In this document: in pieces, positions 24,040 through 37,404 of the stretch
How positions within the stretch are numbered: position 1 is the first letter of the stretch
Layout of the letters: every line of letters starts with the position of its first letter
Source: Mobula hypostoma
Taxonomy: Eukaryota
DNA: 64,000 bases
Assembly: GCF_963921235.1 (NCBI RefSeq)
Contig: NC_086097.1
Span: 128,404,001-128,468,000 of the forward strand
Direction of reading: 5' to 3'
The notes under the pieces: generated by a model
What the model was told of the DNA's origin: nothing
The model's database searches: none
Seen by the model: the letters and a program-made list of their open reading frames with translations, nothing else
Made by a program: the position numbers and the translations under genes

Positions 24040-24305
24040 CAACGGTAGCGCAGTGTTACCATGACACTATTTCAGCTCGGAGAGTCGGACTTCAGAGTTC
24101 AATTCCAGCACTGTCTGTAAGGAGTTTGTACGGCCTCCCCGTGAATGCCTGGGTTTCCTCCCTCTATCCAAGGATGTACAAGTTAGTAGGTTAATTGGTC
24201 AATGGAAGTTGTCCTGTGATGAACTAGGGGGTAAATGGGTGTGTTGCCGGGTGGTGCAGCTTATTGGGCTGGAAAAGCCTGTGCTGTATCTCTCAATGAA
24301 CAAAA
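24040..24305 (+). mobile_element. HE1-like tRNA-derived SINE
   Basis: A-box-like acggtagcgcagtg and B-box-like gagttcaattcc are followed by the body ctgtaaggagtttgtac...gggtttcctc...ggttaattggtc. Confidence 0.7.
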
Positions 24306-25214
24306 TAAATTAACTGACCGGTTCTAGGTCTCATCCAAACACCTCCAACTGGAGCATCAGCCCCACTGTTTCCGCTTGAGTCTCTGGACTGGAATTTCAA
24401 TCCAAAACATTTTGAATCAGAGAGGTGAACATAACCAACACATCCACACTAAATTATGAAGATAGAAAAAGATCTAACACTACCAAAATAAACATCTATG
24501 AAGATGCAGCACTGCATACCCTTGTGCTACATCCTTGTGTAAATAAAAGACAAACTCTTCCATGTAAGTGTCTGCTTAAATCTCGACAGTTCAGGGAATC
24601 AGCCAATGACTATTACAATGAAAGAGCAATGTTGTTTGTCTACATGAACATCCTCAAGGCATCCAGATCTCCACTGTCAACTAATTCTCTTTGATGTGGT
24701 GTCATGTCATTACGTAGACAAACACAGGGGGCAACTTGAGTTGTAATCAGAATACCAAAATGATAGACAGAGGCCTATCCGCCCATCAAGTTCATACTGG
24801 CTCCATGTAGGATACAGACAATGGACAAATAATATGGTTGTCAATGTGAATTGAAGGATGAATATTGCCTGAGACAGCCAGGGGAAATGAAGAACAGCTG
24901 GCAGATCCCAGCCTGGCATGGTCAGTATCCTTTGGGGCAGAGAGAAGGGTTACACAAAGAACTTGTGGGGCCTGCAAGCTTTTAATGTTGAAGAGGTAAT
25001 TTAGTTAGAGTGTCCCCAAAAGGATAAAATTAAGTACGAATATACTTGGCATATTGCCAGCCCAACCTTTGCTCACAGCCACTCAAAAAAGCCCAGCTCC
25101 TTAAAAGAATGGGCCTGTGACCTCATAGGGTGGGAGGCAAGGATTTTACTGCAGTGGACTCATAGGATATTCATTCAGAAAGCATGTGAACCACTGCCAT
25201 GGTTTATTTCACCG

Positions 25215-25560
25215 TGACACCATTGAGGACATCTTCAAGAGACATTGCTTCAAAAGGGTGCTGTCCATCTCGAAGGAAGGTCATCATCCAGAACATCATC
25301 TCTTTCATTTCTTCCATCAGGGAGGAAGTACAGGAGTCTGAAGGTGCACACTCAGTGATTCTAGAACAGCCTCTTCCCCTCCCCCTTCAGATTTATAAAT
25401 CATCCATATATCTCATTATTTCCTTGTTTGCACTATTTATTTATTTTTGCCATTTACAGTAATTTTATGCCTTTGCCCTGTACTGCTGCTGCAAAGCAAC
25501 AAGTTTCATGTCATATAAATCAGTGATAATCAACCTGATCCTGATTCCAATTCTGACTCT
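25215..25560 (+). mobile_element. Rex1/Babar LINE 3' fragment
   Basis: cttccatcagggaggaagtacaggagtctgaag translates as LPSGRKYRSLK, and a ctgattc-type tail follows. Confidence 0.65.
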
Positions 25561-28500
25561 GCAAAGTGAAGATGGGCTTTGTAAAAATATGCATTCATTT
25601 GGAAATGTGTATGCTTCCTTTTTTTCTAAGCTAATTTTCAAGAGAAGATTGAGAGCTAGAAAGAAAATTTCAGATTGTCCCACAGCTACTGAAGTATATT
25701 TGGAAGTAGTATTTACCACAGCATTGTGGAACTTTGAACAAATTTGTGGAGACCGTAGTGGTGCTCCCATTCCAATGACAGTCAGAGTCAGTGAGCAAAA
25801 GAGATCAACGAATTAAATATAAATAGCTTTTCATTCGTATATTACTATTAATGCAACAAACATTTCAAAGCTCTTTGAGGAAGCACTATCAAACAAATAA
25901 TAATTTCCGAGCTATTAGGGCAAGTGACCAAAAGCTCAGTCAAAGAGATATATGTTAAGGCGAGCAAGACCTGTGCCCCCCTTACCTCCCTCCATTAACA
26001 GAAGACTGACAAATGAATTACTGATGGCTATGCTGAAGCCATAAGTGTGGATGCTGAGTACATGAGAAAATATCAGAATTCATAAATATATGGTGAAGTA
26101 ACTTTAGGCTGAGACATTACTGAAATGTTAATGCAACACTCTGTTTGCTTTCTGCTTCTCTATCTGCTCCTCTTTGAACCTCCAGTTATCCCAAAGATCA
26201 ACCCACTGACAATCTAAATGAGGCATGACTTAAATTGTTTGAGAATTGTTCTTACTTCCCTGGTAAAATTCCTCTAGCCATAAACAATTGTATTTGGAGA
26301 AACACCGCAAAAATTGCTGAAGGAACTCAGCAGGTCAGGCAGCATTTGTACTTACTTGATTTCTCAAAGTCTAAGGCACTCGTTTTCTCTTTCTACTTTT
26401 CCCTCTGCCTATCATTTCATATTTATTTATTTGTCTCTATGTCTCTCTTTCCATCTATTTCTCTCTCTCTCTCATTCTCTCAGCCTCTATTTCTCCCTCT
26501 CGATCTCTGTTTCTATTTCTGTTCCCGTCTCTTTCACTGTCTCTGCTTGTCTCTGTCTCTCTCAGAACCCCCAGAACTAGAGTGAAAGCAAATCAACAAG
26601 GGGCAACTTCAGTGAAAAAAGATTGCCACATGAGCATCTTAATGGAAGGACAGAAAGGTTAAAGTTAATTCCTCGTCACTCAGTCTACTTTTCTTTGTAT
26701 TTTAGTTGTCTATCTGCACAGCATTTTCTCTGTAACTGTAGCATGATATTTTGCATTCTGTTATTGTTTTTCCCTTTGTAATACCTCAATGTAGTAATGT
26801 ATGGAATGGTCTGTTTTGATGTCATGCAAAGGATTTAATTGTATCTCAGAACATAACAATAATAGGTCAATTACCAATTAAATGAGTGCTTGCCTGCTAG
26901 TGCAGACTCTGTGGGCCAACGGACCTTTTTTCTTTGCACTGTATGACGTTAAAAGAGAAACAATTTACTTTCTTGCCCAACTCATGTAACACACCCCACC
27001 CCATCTCGATATTTTCCTGTATGTAATCTACCAAATCATCGGTTAATACCAGTGTTGTGAGAAAACAAGCTGACAGCACAAAAAAAGATTGAGCGATAGC
27101 AGCCTCACTTGCAAAATTCACTAAGTACCACCATTAACCATCAACAATACAGCTGAAATATCAAAGGAGAAAAAGGCTGGAACAGAGAGGTATTGTTGCT
27201 CCCTGACCTCTTTTGCTGTCACTATTAAGCCTATACCTCATAATAATGTACGCTTTTCAGCTAATGAATGCGTAGTTGACTGCACACTCATTGTCATTTG
27301 CTTTAAAGTGCCAAGAGAAATATTTCAAACCATATATTGGCTGTGTGAAGAGATATGTTTTCGCAAACATGTTCCGAAGGCATGCAGAGGTGCAAACTGT
27401 GAACTGCAGAGTCACAGTGAAGGTGCTATTTCCATAGACATGCTTCCTACTCATTTTTTCGGCGCTTCACAATATAATCAGCTTGCATTAAAAGAAAATA
27501 TAGACTAGAGGCTTTCAGCTAATGTGCCACAGTCTGTGTGCTTGTTCTTTTACAATACCTCATTAACTATTTGAAATCAGAAAAAAAATCACATTAATTT
27601 ATTTTACCAGAAATTCAAGACAGAAATGTGCTCATAGAAAATAGTTTGATGATGTTGTTATACTTGCTATCATTAATAACCAATATTTTGGTGACTTGCT
27701 GCCCAGACTTTGTAACATTAATATGTCACAGAACGTCAGCCACTTATTCCACTCTCCGTCCTCGTCTATGATAGAGGTGAATGGAGAAAGCAACTGATGG
27801 AAGTACTTGGGGCTGTCATGGACTTGAGGGACCAAATGGCCTCCTTCTCCATTCAAAGAAATTACAAAAAGTAAAAGTAAAGATTATGTGTGTGTTGTAA
27901 AGAATATGCTGTTCATTTCCTTTTAACCATTTTGTTATGGTTAAAACTAAAAGTTATGATTATGTCAATAGCAGGTAAGTTTATAGAATATTGTACATTG
28001 AAGAGAGAACAGGAGCAGGCCCATTGGCCTGCAGTGCCTGTGCCAACCATGATGCCAGTCTAAACTAATCCATTTTGCCAGCACATGGTCTATATTCTTT
28101 TATTCTCTACCTGTATTCTCCTATTTGATTTGCTATTTAAGTTTACTGACAGCAATGTCCAGTTTGGCAAATCTCAGGGAATTTGCACCTTCAGGAGTAG
28201 AACAACATGAGACCGGTCTTTCTTTGTTAGCCTCCTCTCTTTGGCTCCATCTAACATTCTGTTTGATTCTTTGCTATTCTGGATTCCAGCATCTGCAGCT
28301 TCTTGTGCCGCACTTTGAGGAAGCTTGTTGTGCAAAAAGTGAAGTACCTCACTTCGTACGCTAATTCACTTCAAATGTACTTCAATGAAATTTTGAATTT
28401 ACGATAGGCGTTATAAGGATCCCCTCTTTATGTACTGGCAGTGGGCAGATTATAATTTGCTAAAATGATGAAATGGGGAGTTTTGGGGGCTTAAACTTTT

Positions 28501-29044
28501 TCTAGCCCTTTTGTTGCTGAGCTCTCATTTTTTTTCTGCTGAAAACACAAGTTGTGACTTAGAGAAGTGTAATTAGTTGCCTTGCTGAGAAAGTGTCAAG
28601 AGGCAGCCATTAGCTCATTGAAATCCCTTCCAAAGACAAATACCCAGGGAAGTCTACCCAGCTCCACTTGTAAGCAGAGTAAGTCATTTCCTGAGTGCGC
28701 CGTGAGACTCTGAGACTCATTACCTGCATCCAGGTGAGCAAGCAGCATCAGTGCGAATATGTGAATACTGCAATAGGAGTCTACGGTTCCTTATATTACT
28801 CAGCTGACCACATAGAGTATAAGGAAAGTGATAATAGAACAAGAACACAACTAATATTGAAATGTTCACCAAACAAGTCCCAACAGGCAGGAGAAATGAG
28901 GAGAACAAATAGACAGAGCAGAATAGGTAGAAGATATTTGGGAACAGGGGCTTGAAGGCAGCAATATTTTGAAGTTTTTGACGTGAACAATGGGATAAAA
29001 GTTTGGGGAGCATGTTTGAAGGTATCAAAGGTAATCTGGGGAAT

Positions 29045-29700
29045 TCATAGAACATAGAGCATTACAGTACAAGAATAGGACCTTTGGTCCACCATGTCTA
29101 CACCGTGATGCCAATCCAAAATCTTCCCATCGGTCTGCACGTGATCTATATCCAACAATTTCAACCTGTTCATGTGTGGTATCTGTCTAAATGTCTCTTG
29201 AACATTGCTATCATATCAGCTTCCACCACCTCCACTGGCAGCATGTTCCAGGCATCTCCCACTCCGTGTAGAAAGTTCTGCCTTGCATGTGTTCAGCATT
29301 GAAGGATGTCCATTTAGAACAGAGATGTGGAGAAATTACTTTAATCAGAGGGTGATAAATCTGTGAAATTTGTTGCCACAAGCGGCTGTGGCGGCAAATT
29401 CAAGGCAGAGATCGATAGGTTCTTGATTAGCCAGGGCATCAAAGGGTATGGGGAGAAGGCAAGGGAGTGGGGATGACTGGAAGAATTGGATCAGCCTACG
29501 ATTGAATGGTGGAACAGACTCAATGGGCCGAATGGCCTACTTCTGCTCCTATATCTTATGGTCTTATGGTCTTATATCACCCTATACTTATCTCTCTCAC
29601 CTTAATGCTATGTCCTCTAGTATTTAATATATCCAACTTGGGAAAAATTACTCTATGTCAATTATTTATGCTTCTCATAAACTTATAAACTTCACTAAAA
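29045..29700. mobile_element. CR1 3' fragments (minus-strand copy with a plus-strand copy at ~29300-29575 inside it)
   Basis: The plus copy has ccatttagaacagagatg...gggccgaatggcctacttctgctcctatatcttatggtcttatggtctta. The minus copy begins catagaacatagagc. Confidence 0.75.
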
Positions 29701-30199
29701 TAATCACCTTGCATCTCAAAGGTCATTTGTCTGATGCTATTCCAAGCCACAGATGGACCTCACCACCAATGCATTGAGTTCCAGTCAAACCAATTCTCTT
29801 GCTCTCCCAGTTTGGGAATACATCACAGCTCCTTCATTGCTACTGGGCCGGAATCCTGAGACTTCCTGTAGCAACACTCTACTTTCTCCACTCGAGACTG
29901 CAAGATTTGGGAAGATAGATCATCACCACCTTCTCAAGAATGGAATTGTCCTTCTGAGACAGAATAAGCAAGACTAGATGACGCTTACTGGCATTTAGTA
30001 GAATGAAAGGGGATCTGTTTGAAAATTGCAAGTCTCTCAATTAATTAGATGCCAAGAATGTGCTTCTTTAGAATGGGTATCTAGAACTCATGGGCTGGGG
30101 TAGGGGTTGAGAGTCAACACCTTGGGCCTGAGATGAGCTTTAAGCAGAGGACTGTGAATTGTTGAGTTTCTCTGCCACAGATGTCGGTAGGTAATTGGT

Positions 30200-30682
30200 T
30201 AGAACATAGAGCACAGAACAGTACAAAACAGGGACAGGTCATTTCACCTACCATGTCTGTGCCGAACACAATGTCAGATTAAAATAAGCCTCTTCTGCCT
30301 GCACATGATCCATATCCTCCAATTTCCTGCATATGTGTGTGTCTATCTAAAATCCTTTTGCGTACCACTATCATACCTGCTACCTCCACAACCCTTGGAG
30401 GCCTGTTCCAGCACTAACCACTCTCTGTTTAACAAACTTCCCTTAAATTTCCCCCTAGTATTTGACATATCTACCCTGCGATAAAGATTTTGAGAGTCTA
30501 TCCTATCTAGGACTTTCATAAATTTATAAACCTCTATCAAGTCCCCTCTCAGGCTCCAGTGCTCTAGAGAAAGCAATCCAAGTGTGTCCAACTTCTCCTT
30601 ACACTCATGTCCTCTCAAGCAGAAAATGTTCTGATGAAGCTCTTTCCAAAACCTCCACATCCTTCCTATAATGGGGTGACCT
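30200..30682 (-). mobile_element. CR1 LINE 3' fragment
   Basis: ORF 30343..30660 has KLDTLGLLSLEHWSLRGDLIEVYKFMK. Confidence 0.85.
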
Positions 30683-30862
30683 ATTGATTGTTGTTATATT
30701 TAGTTCTGAGGTTCCAATGATCATAAAAATACAAGCTCTGTCAGTGATTAAATACAAAAATGGAGTGGTTGATTATTGGATGCTGAACCTTGCCTGTAAG
30801 CTCATATTTTCACAGCTTTTCCATGTCGCCTCCAGCTTCACTTTTGAGTTGCAGGCTGCCAT

Positions 30863-31031
30863 TCTGAATTTCCATATGGTCAGTGGATCTGAATTTCCAT
30901 ATGGTCGGTGATCTGAATATCCATATGGCCAGTGGATCTGAATTTCCATATGGTCGGTGGGTCTGAATTTCCATATGGTCAGTGGATCTGAATTTCCACA
31001 TGGTCAGTGGATCTGAATTTCCATATGGTCA
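30863..31031. repeat. Minisatellite, ~7 copies of 25-bp tctgaatttccatatggtcagtgga
   Basis: Head-to-tail copies are directly visible, with 0-2 differences and no spacers. Confidence 0.95.
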
Positions 31032-31609
31032 ACGGGATGGGGTTCCCCATAGACAGCCACCCATTGAATGTAAATGTCCCTTTCTTCCCAGCAATGGGAA
31101 TGATATTGGCACTACAATAAGATGGTGGTTGAAGCCCATTTCCAGTAGACTACCAAATGTGTCAACTGTGCCGGCAATGTCTGCTTTCCATCATAGCATG
31201 GAGCCTCTAACTTGGTCACTGCAATTCAGCCAGGCAATGCCAAACCACCAGTAGCTCAACTGGGGTGACTGATTGTTACAGAGAAAAGGAAGAGCAGGGC
31301 TGAGAGTAAGAGATTGGGTGCTATTTCCAGGTTGGTTCACAAATTTCCTGAAGTCAAAAGCCACACAGCTCAGAAATTGTTCTTTCAGTCCAACGATACT
31401 GGGCTGACCATGAAGCACCTATTTACACTCATCTCATTTTTTAAAAATTCTCCCCACATTCTCATCAAACATTTCCCACCCACAGATCCTACCACTCACT
31501 CGGGACAACTTGCAGTGGTCAATTATCCTACTCTGGGACATCCGGAGCTGTTTCAGAGTTGGTCTTTCAAACGAGAGGTGCCAAAACAGCAGAGTTTTGA
31601 GTATGTTAA

Positions 31610-33215
31610 AGGAGATGTTAAGGCAGAGATTGATAAATTCTTGATCGATAATGGGATTAAAGGTTATGGGGAGAAGGCAGGAGAAAGGAATTAAGAAAAA
31701 AAGGAACCAGCCATAATAGAATGGAGGAGTAGACTGGATGGGCTGAACGGCTTTATTCTGCTCCTATATCTTATGGTCTTCTGGTCTTATATTGCTTAAA
31801 CCTCCAGCTAAACTGAACATACCCAGCCAACATTTATGGTTGATTCTACAGAGGTGGAGAAAGTTATGTTCAAATGATTGAAATTCAAAGTAAATTCATT
31901 ATCAAGGTATGTATGCAGGGTGCAACCCTGAGATTAGTCTTCCCACAAACAGCCACAAAATAAAGAGAACCGTGAAACCTGTTCACAGGAAAACATCTAA
32001 CCCCCTAATGCGAAAAAAAAAACAAATCGTGCAAATGGCAAAAAATGAGCAAAAAACACGGAATATAAAACAGTAAAGCACAAAGTTATCAAAAGAGTCC
32101 GGGTATATTCAATCCAGCTCAATTCAGCCTAACCCTATTGGCGGATACAATAGGGTGTTTTAAGAGATTCTTAGATAGGTACATGGAGCTTAGAAAAATA
32201 GAGGGCTATGCAGTAGGGAAATTATAGATAGTTTCTAGATTAGCTTACATGGTCGGCACAACATTGAGGGCCGAATAGTCTGTAATGTGCTGTAGATTTC
32301 TATGTTCTATGTTCGATGTTCTAACCCAGCACTGTGTCTTTGTTATCTGCAGGCCTTAGATTAAAATCACACAAAAATAGCAACAATAAAAGGAGTGACC
32401 AGAAACCAGAAACACATCATAATGTGAACTACAGAGTCCAAACCACAAACCATGCCCAGGACTCCCACACCAATGTGTGAGAGGGGGAGAGAGAGAAACC
32501 ATTCATATACAGACACCCTCCTCCAAAATCAGCGGGGGGGGGGGAGGAGAGAGAGAGAGAGAGACTGGTCACATGCAGACACCTTCCTCGTCAGCAGCAA
32601 GCAAGAGGGAGAGAAAGACCAGTCGCCCAGAGGTGGTTGGCACTGAACACCCATCTGCCTTGTACTAAGGATTCCAGGAGATTGGTTTACTTTCCCTGTG
32701 TTTTCCTCAATTTTTTGGGGGGAAAAAGGTATGAGTCTAGTCAGATACCAAAACATTTTCTCTCCCAGTCCTATAGAGTGGGTTTACATGGGTGTGTGGC
32801 TTTTTAAATGTTTACATCCGGAATGCTGTATAGGTAGAAGAAATGTGACTGGAATTTTCATGGGAAATGGTGGAGCTGGAGATGGGTAAATAACAAGAAT
32901 TAGATCCCCCAGTGATTATCCACAGCTAGAGGGCATATGGGTAAGATGAGAAGGAGAAGGTTTTAACGGGAATATGAGGGGTAAATTTCGCTCACAAAGA
33001 GTGGTGGGTATATGAATAAAAGTGCCAGAAGAGGTGGTGGAGGCAGGTAAAATACAACATTTAAGACATTTGGACAGGGTCAAGGGTAGAAAGCATTCAG
33101 AAGGATATGAATTAATGCAGACAAGTGGAACTAGTATTGATAGATATGATGGTTGGCATAGACACAGTTGGCTGAAGTGTCTGTTTTTATGCTATATGGT
33201 TCTAAGACTCTATCA
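31610..33215. mobile_element. Cluster of CR1 3' ends (31610-31790, 32140-32320, 32890-33215) and a minus-strand Rex-tailed retroposon (~31880-32650)
   Basis: CR1 tails (cttatggtct, ttctatgttctatg) are present. 32140-32320 is very similar to 52100-52256. The Rex-type tail ttcaaagtaaattcattatcaag lies at 31884. Confidence 0.7.
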
Positions 33216-34039
33216 TCCAGAAGGGGATGCAAAAGGTTCCCTTGTTCCTGAAGTCCTTTTGCCATTTAATACAAGGAATAATTTGCTACAAAAACATCAG
33301 TGCTGATGTTTCAAATTTCAGAGCTGGCATTAAAATGATGTTGGAGTTATAGGTTAATTCAGCACAGAAGCGGGCCCTTTAGTTTTGACTAAGTGTTGAC
33401 AACCAAGTGCACATTTACGTTACTTCTGCACTGAACCTCCCCACATTCCCATCATCTCCCCTCTCCCCAGAATTTATATCTCTCCTATACACAAGAAACA
33501 ATTTATAGTGGATAATTAACCTGCATGTCTTTGGGATCCAGGAGGAAATCAGTGCACACAGGTCACTGGGAGAACATGTGTTGTTGGATGGACATCAAAG
33601 ATCACATGGTAACTTTTCAAGGTAGAACAGGGGAATTTTCTCTCATGTCCTGAAGCATAGATTGCCAGCACGTACTGCGTCATTGATTGTAGGAGACTGC
33701 TGTATATAAATTGGCTGTAAGCATTGTATATTGCAATGGTGCCATATTTCCAAAGTACTTTGGTGCACAAGGGAATGTTCTAAAAGAGATGTGAATGGTG
33801 CATCATAAACCCAAAAATGTAATAAACTTGGAAGCAGAAAGAAAAAATAAAAGCAGAAAATGTTGGGAACACGCAGTATCAGCAGCAAGAGAAACACATT
33901 TGGTGCTTTAGGTTCAAGTTTCTTCATCAAAGGGCTTCTTCTGTTGCTAGAGTCTTTATTCCATTTTCTACCTGGGTTTAATTTGGTCCAACCATGTACA
34001 CATCACAGGCAAGAATGCTCACCAACACCTTTGCTTCCT

Positions 34040-34560
34040 CAGGAGCCTAATGAAATTTGGCGTGTCCCGTCAACTCTTACCAATTCCAATCGATGCACTA
34101 TAGAAAGCGTCGTATCTTGGTAAGGCACCTGCTCAGCCCATGACCACAGCCTCTGCAGAAAGTTGTGGACAGTGCTCAGCACATCACTGAAAACAGACTA
34201 CCCTCTATAGACTCTATCTATACCTTACACAGTCTCAGTATAGCAGCCAGCATAGTTAAAGACCCCACCACCCTGGATGTTGCCTCCTGCATCAGGCAGA
34301 AGGTACAAAAGCCTGAAAGCACATACCATCAGTTTCAAGGGTCACTGTCAATAAATTGAACTCTTGACTTTGCAATCTACATCGTTATAATCTTGCAATT
34401 TATTGTTTACCTGCACTCCACTTTCACTTTATTCTACATTGTCACTCTTTCACCCTGATCTACTTCAATGCACTGTGTAATGATCTGATCTGTATGAACA
34501 AGATAGGTTTTTCACTACATCTCGGCACATGGGACAATAATAAATCCAATCCAAATCCAA
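34040..34560 (+). mobile_element. Rex1/Babar LINE 3' fragment, degraded
   Basis: Translations include RCTIESV and VVDSAQHITENRLPSIDSIYT...AASIVKDPT. The tail is aataataaatccaatccaaatcc. Confidence 0.7.
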
Positions 34561-35144
34561 TTAAATCCATTTTCAAATGTTCTGCCAAGATGCAATCAAA
34601 TTTAAGGAAGCTAAGTTTATCAGAGTGAAATGAAATCAAATGACTTAGGAGGGTTAAATTCATCATAAAGTACCGGACTTGATGGAAACAGAGAAAGCAA
34701 AGGATGTCGTGCAGACACACCCTAATGTGAAAACAGTTTTGAAGGATCTTGTTACACTTAAGGTGACACTGAAGATTCAATATTTGCAACTGTCAGTTTG
34801 GATGAACAATACTTCATCATGAATGATCCTTTCAAAGACCTAAGCTCAAACTTCATCTAAAATACCTCTGCATTCCTCTGCTTTGTAATTCAAACTCCAC
34901 TATTTTTTTTCGAGTTTGAGGGTGAAAAATTGTGGAAGTCATAAACGTGCCTTTATGTTACCATGGTAACTGCTGTCAGAGTTATGTTACATCTCAAGTT
35001 CAGGTGGAGATTACATAGATGCAGTGCTCACACTCAGTACTTGAAATACAGATGAACTAGGAGAACAGTGTTGAAACATGATCTGTTTCTATTGATGCAT
35101 CCAATACATACAGGTGGGGTCCTAACATTAGTTTGGGTCCAGAG

Positions 35145-35250
35145 CTGTCCAGATAAAGGATCTTGACCTGAAATGTCAACTGTCCATTTCCCTCCATAGA
35201 TGCTGTCTGACCCGCACAATTCCTCCAGCATCTTGTTTGCTCCAACATTC
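35145..35250 (+). mobile_element. Penelope pLTR fragment with degenerate hammerhead
   Basis: ccagataaaggatcttgacctgaaatgtcaactg...catagatgctgtctgaccc...ttcctccagca. Confidence 0.6.
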
Positions 35251-35549
35251 TTTAGCTTGCTTCTAAACAGATAATAGGATATTGTTGAAACACCATCTTG
35301 GTGAAAGAGGGTTCCATTTGCATTGAAACAATTGACAATATGACATGTTCTCTAAATTTCACAGGTTGGCAGTGGTCTGTTTTCACTGATAAGTGCAGTG
35401 TTTTCATTTCCAGACACCTATTGGCTAAGATAACAGTCAGAACTGAAGCAGTTCATTCCTCCAACAGGGCTTTGCAAAAGTGATTTTGCCATACCCTTTG
35501 TGCAATAAAACATTATATAGTTTTCTCATGTTAGTTCAGCAAATGCAAC

Positions 35550-36407
35550 TCCCTTGTCCATTCATCCCTCCCTACAGATCTCCCTCCTGGTACTTATCCT
35601 TGTAAGTGGAACAAGTTTCATACCTGCCACTACACTTCCTCCCTCGCTTCTATTCCGGGCCCCAAACAGTCCTACCAGGTGAGGCACTATTTCACCTGTG
35701 AGTCTGCTGGGGGCATATACTGTGTCCAGTACTCCCAGTGTGGCCTCCGGTATATTGGTGAGAACCAATAAAGGTTGGTTGACTGCTTCACCAATCACCC
35801 AGAGAAAACAGGATCTCCAGGCGGCCACCCATTTCAATTCTACTATCATTTCCAATTCCAACATGTCAGTCAATGGCCTCCTCTACTGCTGCGATGAAGC
35901 CACACTCAGGTTGGAGGAGTAACACCTTATATTCCATCAGAGAGCCTCCAACCTGATGGCATGAACATCAATTTCTCTAACTTCCAGTAACTGCCTCCCC
36001 ACCTTCACCATTCCCTTTCCGGTTGCCCTCTCTCACCTTACCGTCTTACTTGCCCATCACTTCTTTATGGTTCTCCTCCCCCTTTCTTCCACAATCTTCT
36101 ACCCTATCCAATCAGATTTCCACTTCTCCAGCCCTTTATCTCTTTTACCTATCAACTTCCCAGGTCTTTACTTCGCCCCTTCCCTTCTCCTGGTTTCATC
36201 ATCGCATAGCACCTTGTATTTCTTCCTGCCCATCCCCCCACCTTCTTGCTCTAACTTCTCGTCCTGTTCTTCAGTCCTGATGATGGGTCTCAGCTTGGAG
36301 TGTTAGCTGTTTACTCTTTTCCACAGGTACTGCCTGGCCTGCTGAGTTCTTCTAGCATTTTGTGTGTGTCGCTTGGATTTCCAGCTCTTGTAGATTTTTC
36401 TTGTTTT
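35550..36407 (+). mobile_element. Penelope-like retroelement (Neptune-type) 3' part: Cys-rich linker, GIY-YIG endonuclease remnant and pLTR
   Basis: My translation from 35586 is PGTYPCKWNKFHTCHYTSSLASIPGPKQSYQVRHYFTCESAGGIYCVQYSQCGLRYIGE, with GIY at 35712 and YIG at 35751. After a frameshift it continues ATHFNST...LRLEE*HLIF...LQPDGMNINFSNFQ*. A pyrimidine-rich UTR and cagtcctgatgatgggtctcag follow. Confidence 0.9.
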
Positions 36408-36769
36408 TGAACTGTTTCTACTGACAGGAGAAGGGGCAAAGGTGGGTTATGCAGACTGGCCACAACTGTGACACCACTGGTGCTAAATTGTATTGGTTTC
36501 ATATGGTCAAATTAACTAGTTGAGAATTTTTCCAAATTCCCAACAAGTTAATTTGACCATATGAACCAACAATATTTGCTTAAAGATGATTCATTGTTAT
36601 ACCAAAACCAGTGAGCAAAGATTTTAAGCATGACTTGCAGTGAATTTCCCAACTTGCTCATAAGAGTTCCAAGTAACTTGAAGCTACAGCATTACTAATT
36701 CCCTTTGAAATTCAAAGGAACTTCCTTCTGCCAAGTGCTAGGTATCTGGGCACAATTACAAATAAAAAA

Positions 36770-36950
36770 AACCTTCTGGAAATTTGAAACTAAAAATAGA
36801 AAATGTTGGCAATACCCAGCAGGTCAGTAAAGGTCTGTGGAAAGATAAACAAAGCTAATGCTTCAGGTTGAAGGCCCTTCATCAATAACCTTTGTCAGGA
36901 CCCGCTGTCTTGACACATTAACTCTGTTTCTCTTTCCAAGGATTCTGCCT
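36770..36950. mobile_element. Old Penelope-derived palindromic element
   Basis: aatgttggcaatacccagcaggtcag...cttcaggttgaaggcccttcatca with a weak inverted arm. Confidence 0.5.
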
Positions 36951-37404
36951 TGTCACAATTGAGCATAGAGAGCACGCATCACAGAAAGGATAGAACATGG
37001 AAGAAGATTATTCAGTCCATTCAGTCAGTGTCAGCTTTATGGGGTAGTGGAGGTATAATTTGTCCATCTGTGCTGATCACCCCATCCTTGACTAAGCTGT
37101 TCCACCGTGAACACGATCTGCTATGAGTCAACATGATGCTTTCAGATCAGGTCATGCATAGCACATACCTCCGCCACACTGCTCAGGTGTGTTTCTGGGG
37201 TACAGGGTCTAGCGACCCTTGTGCCTGTTATCACTGAGCAGCAGTTAACCATCTGATTGGCCTATCAGAGTTCTCTTTGGGAACTAGTTGACTTGATCAG
37301 CATTTCTGATCTGGCTATTGTTCATGATTGCACTTAAAAAAAATGTGAGGTAAACCCACCTAATCTCTAATAAAGAGCTGATGTAGGGTTTCAACCCAAA
37401 ATTT

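Noticed and set aside
24040..24115. tRNA gene
   Set aside because: The A/B-box-like motifs are the head of a SINE, and I could not fold a complete cloverleaf.
26390..26565. Hydrophobic ORFs 26235..26585 as a membrane protein
   Set aside because: They derive from a CT-rich low-complexity tract next to a Penelope fragment.
30863..31031. CRISPR array
   Set aside because: The repeats are head-to-tail with no unique spacers, the context is eukaryotic, and there are no cas genes.
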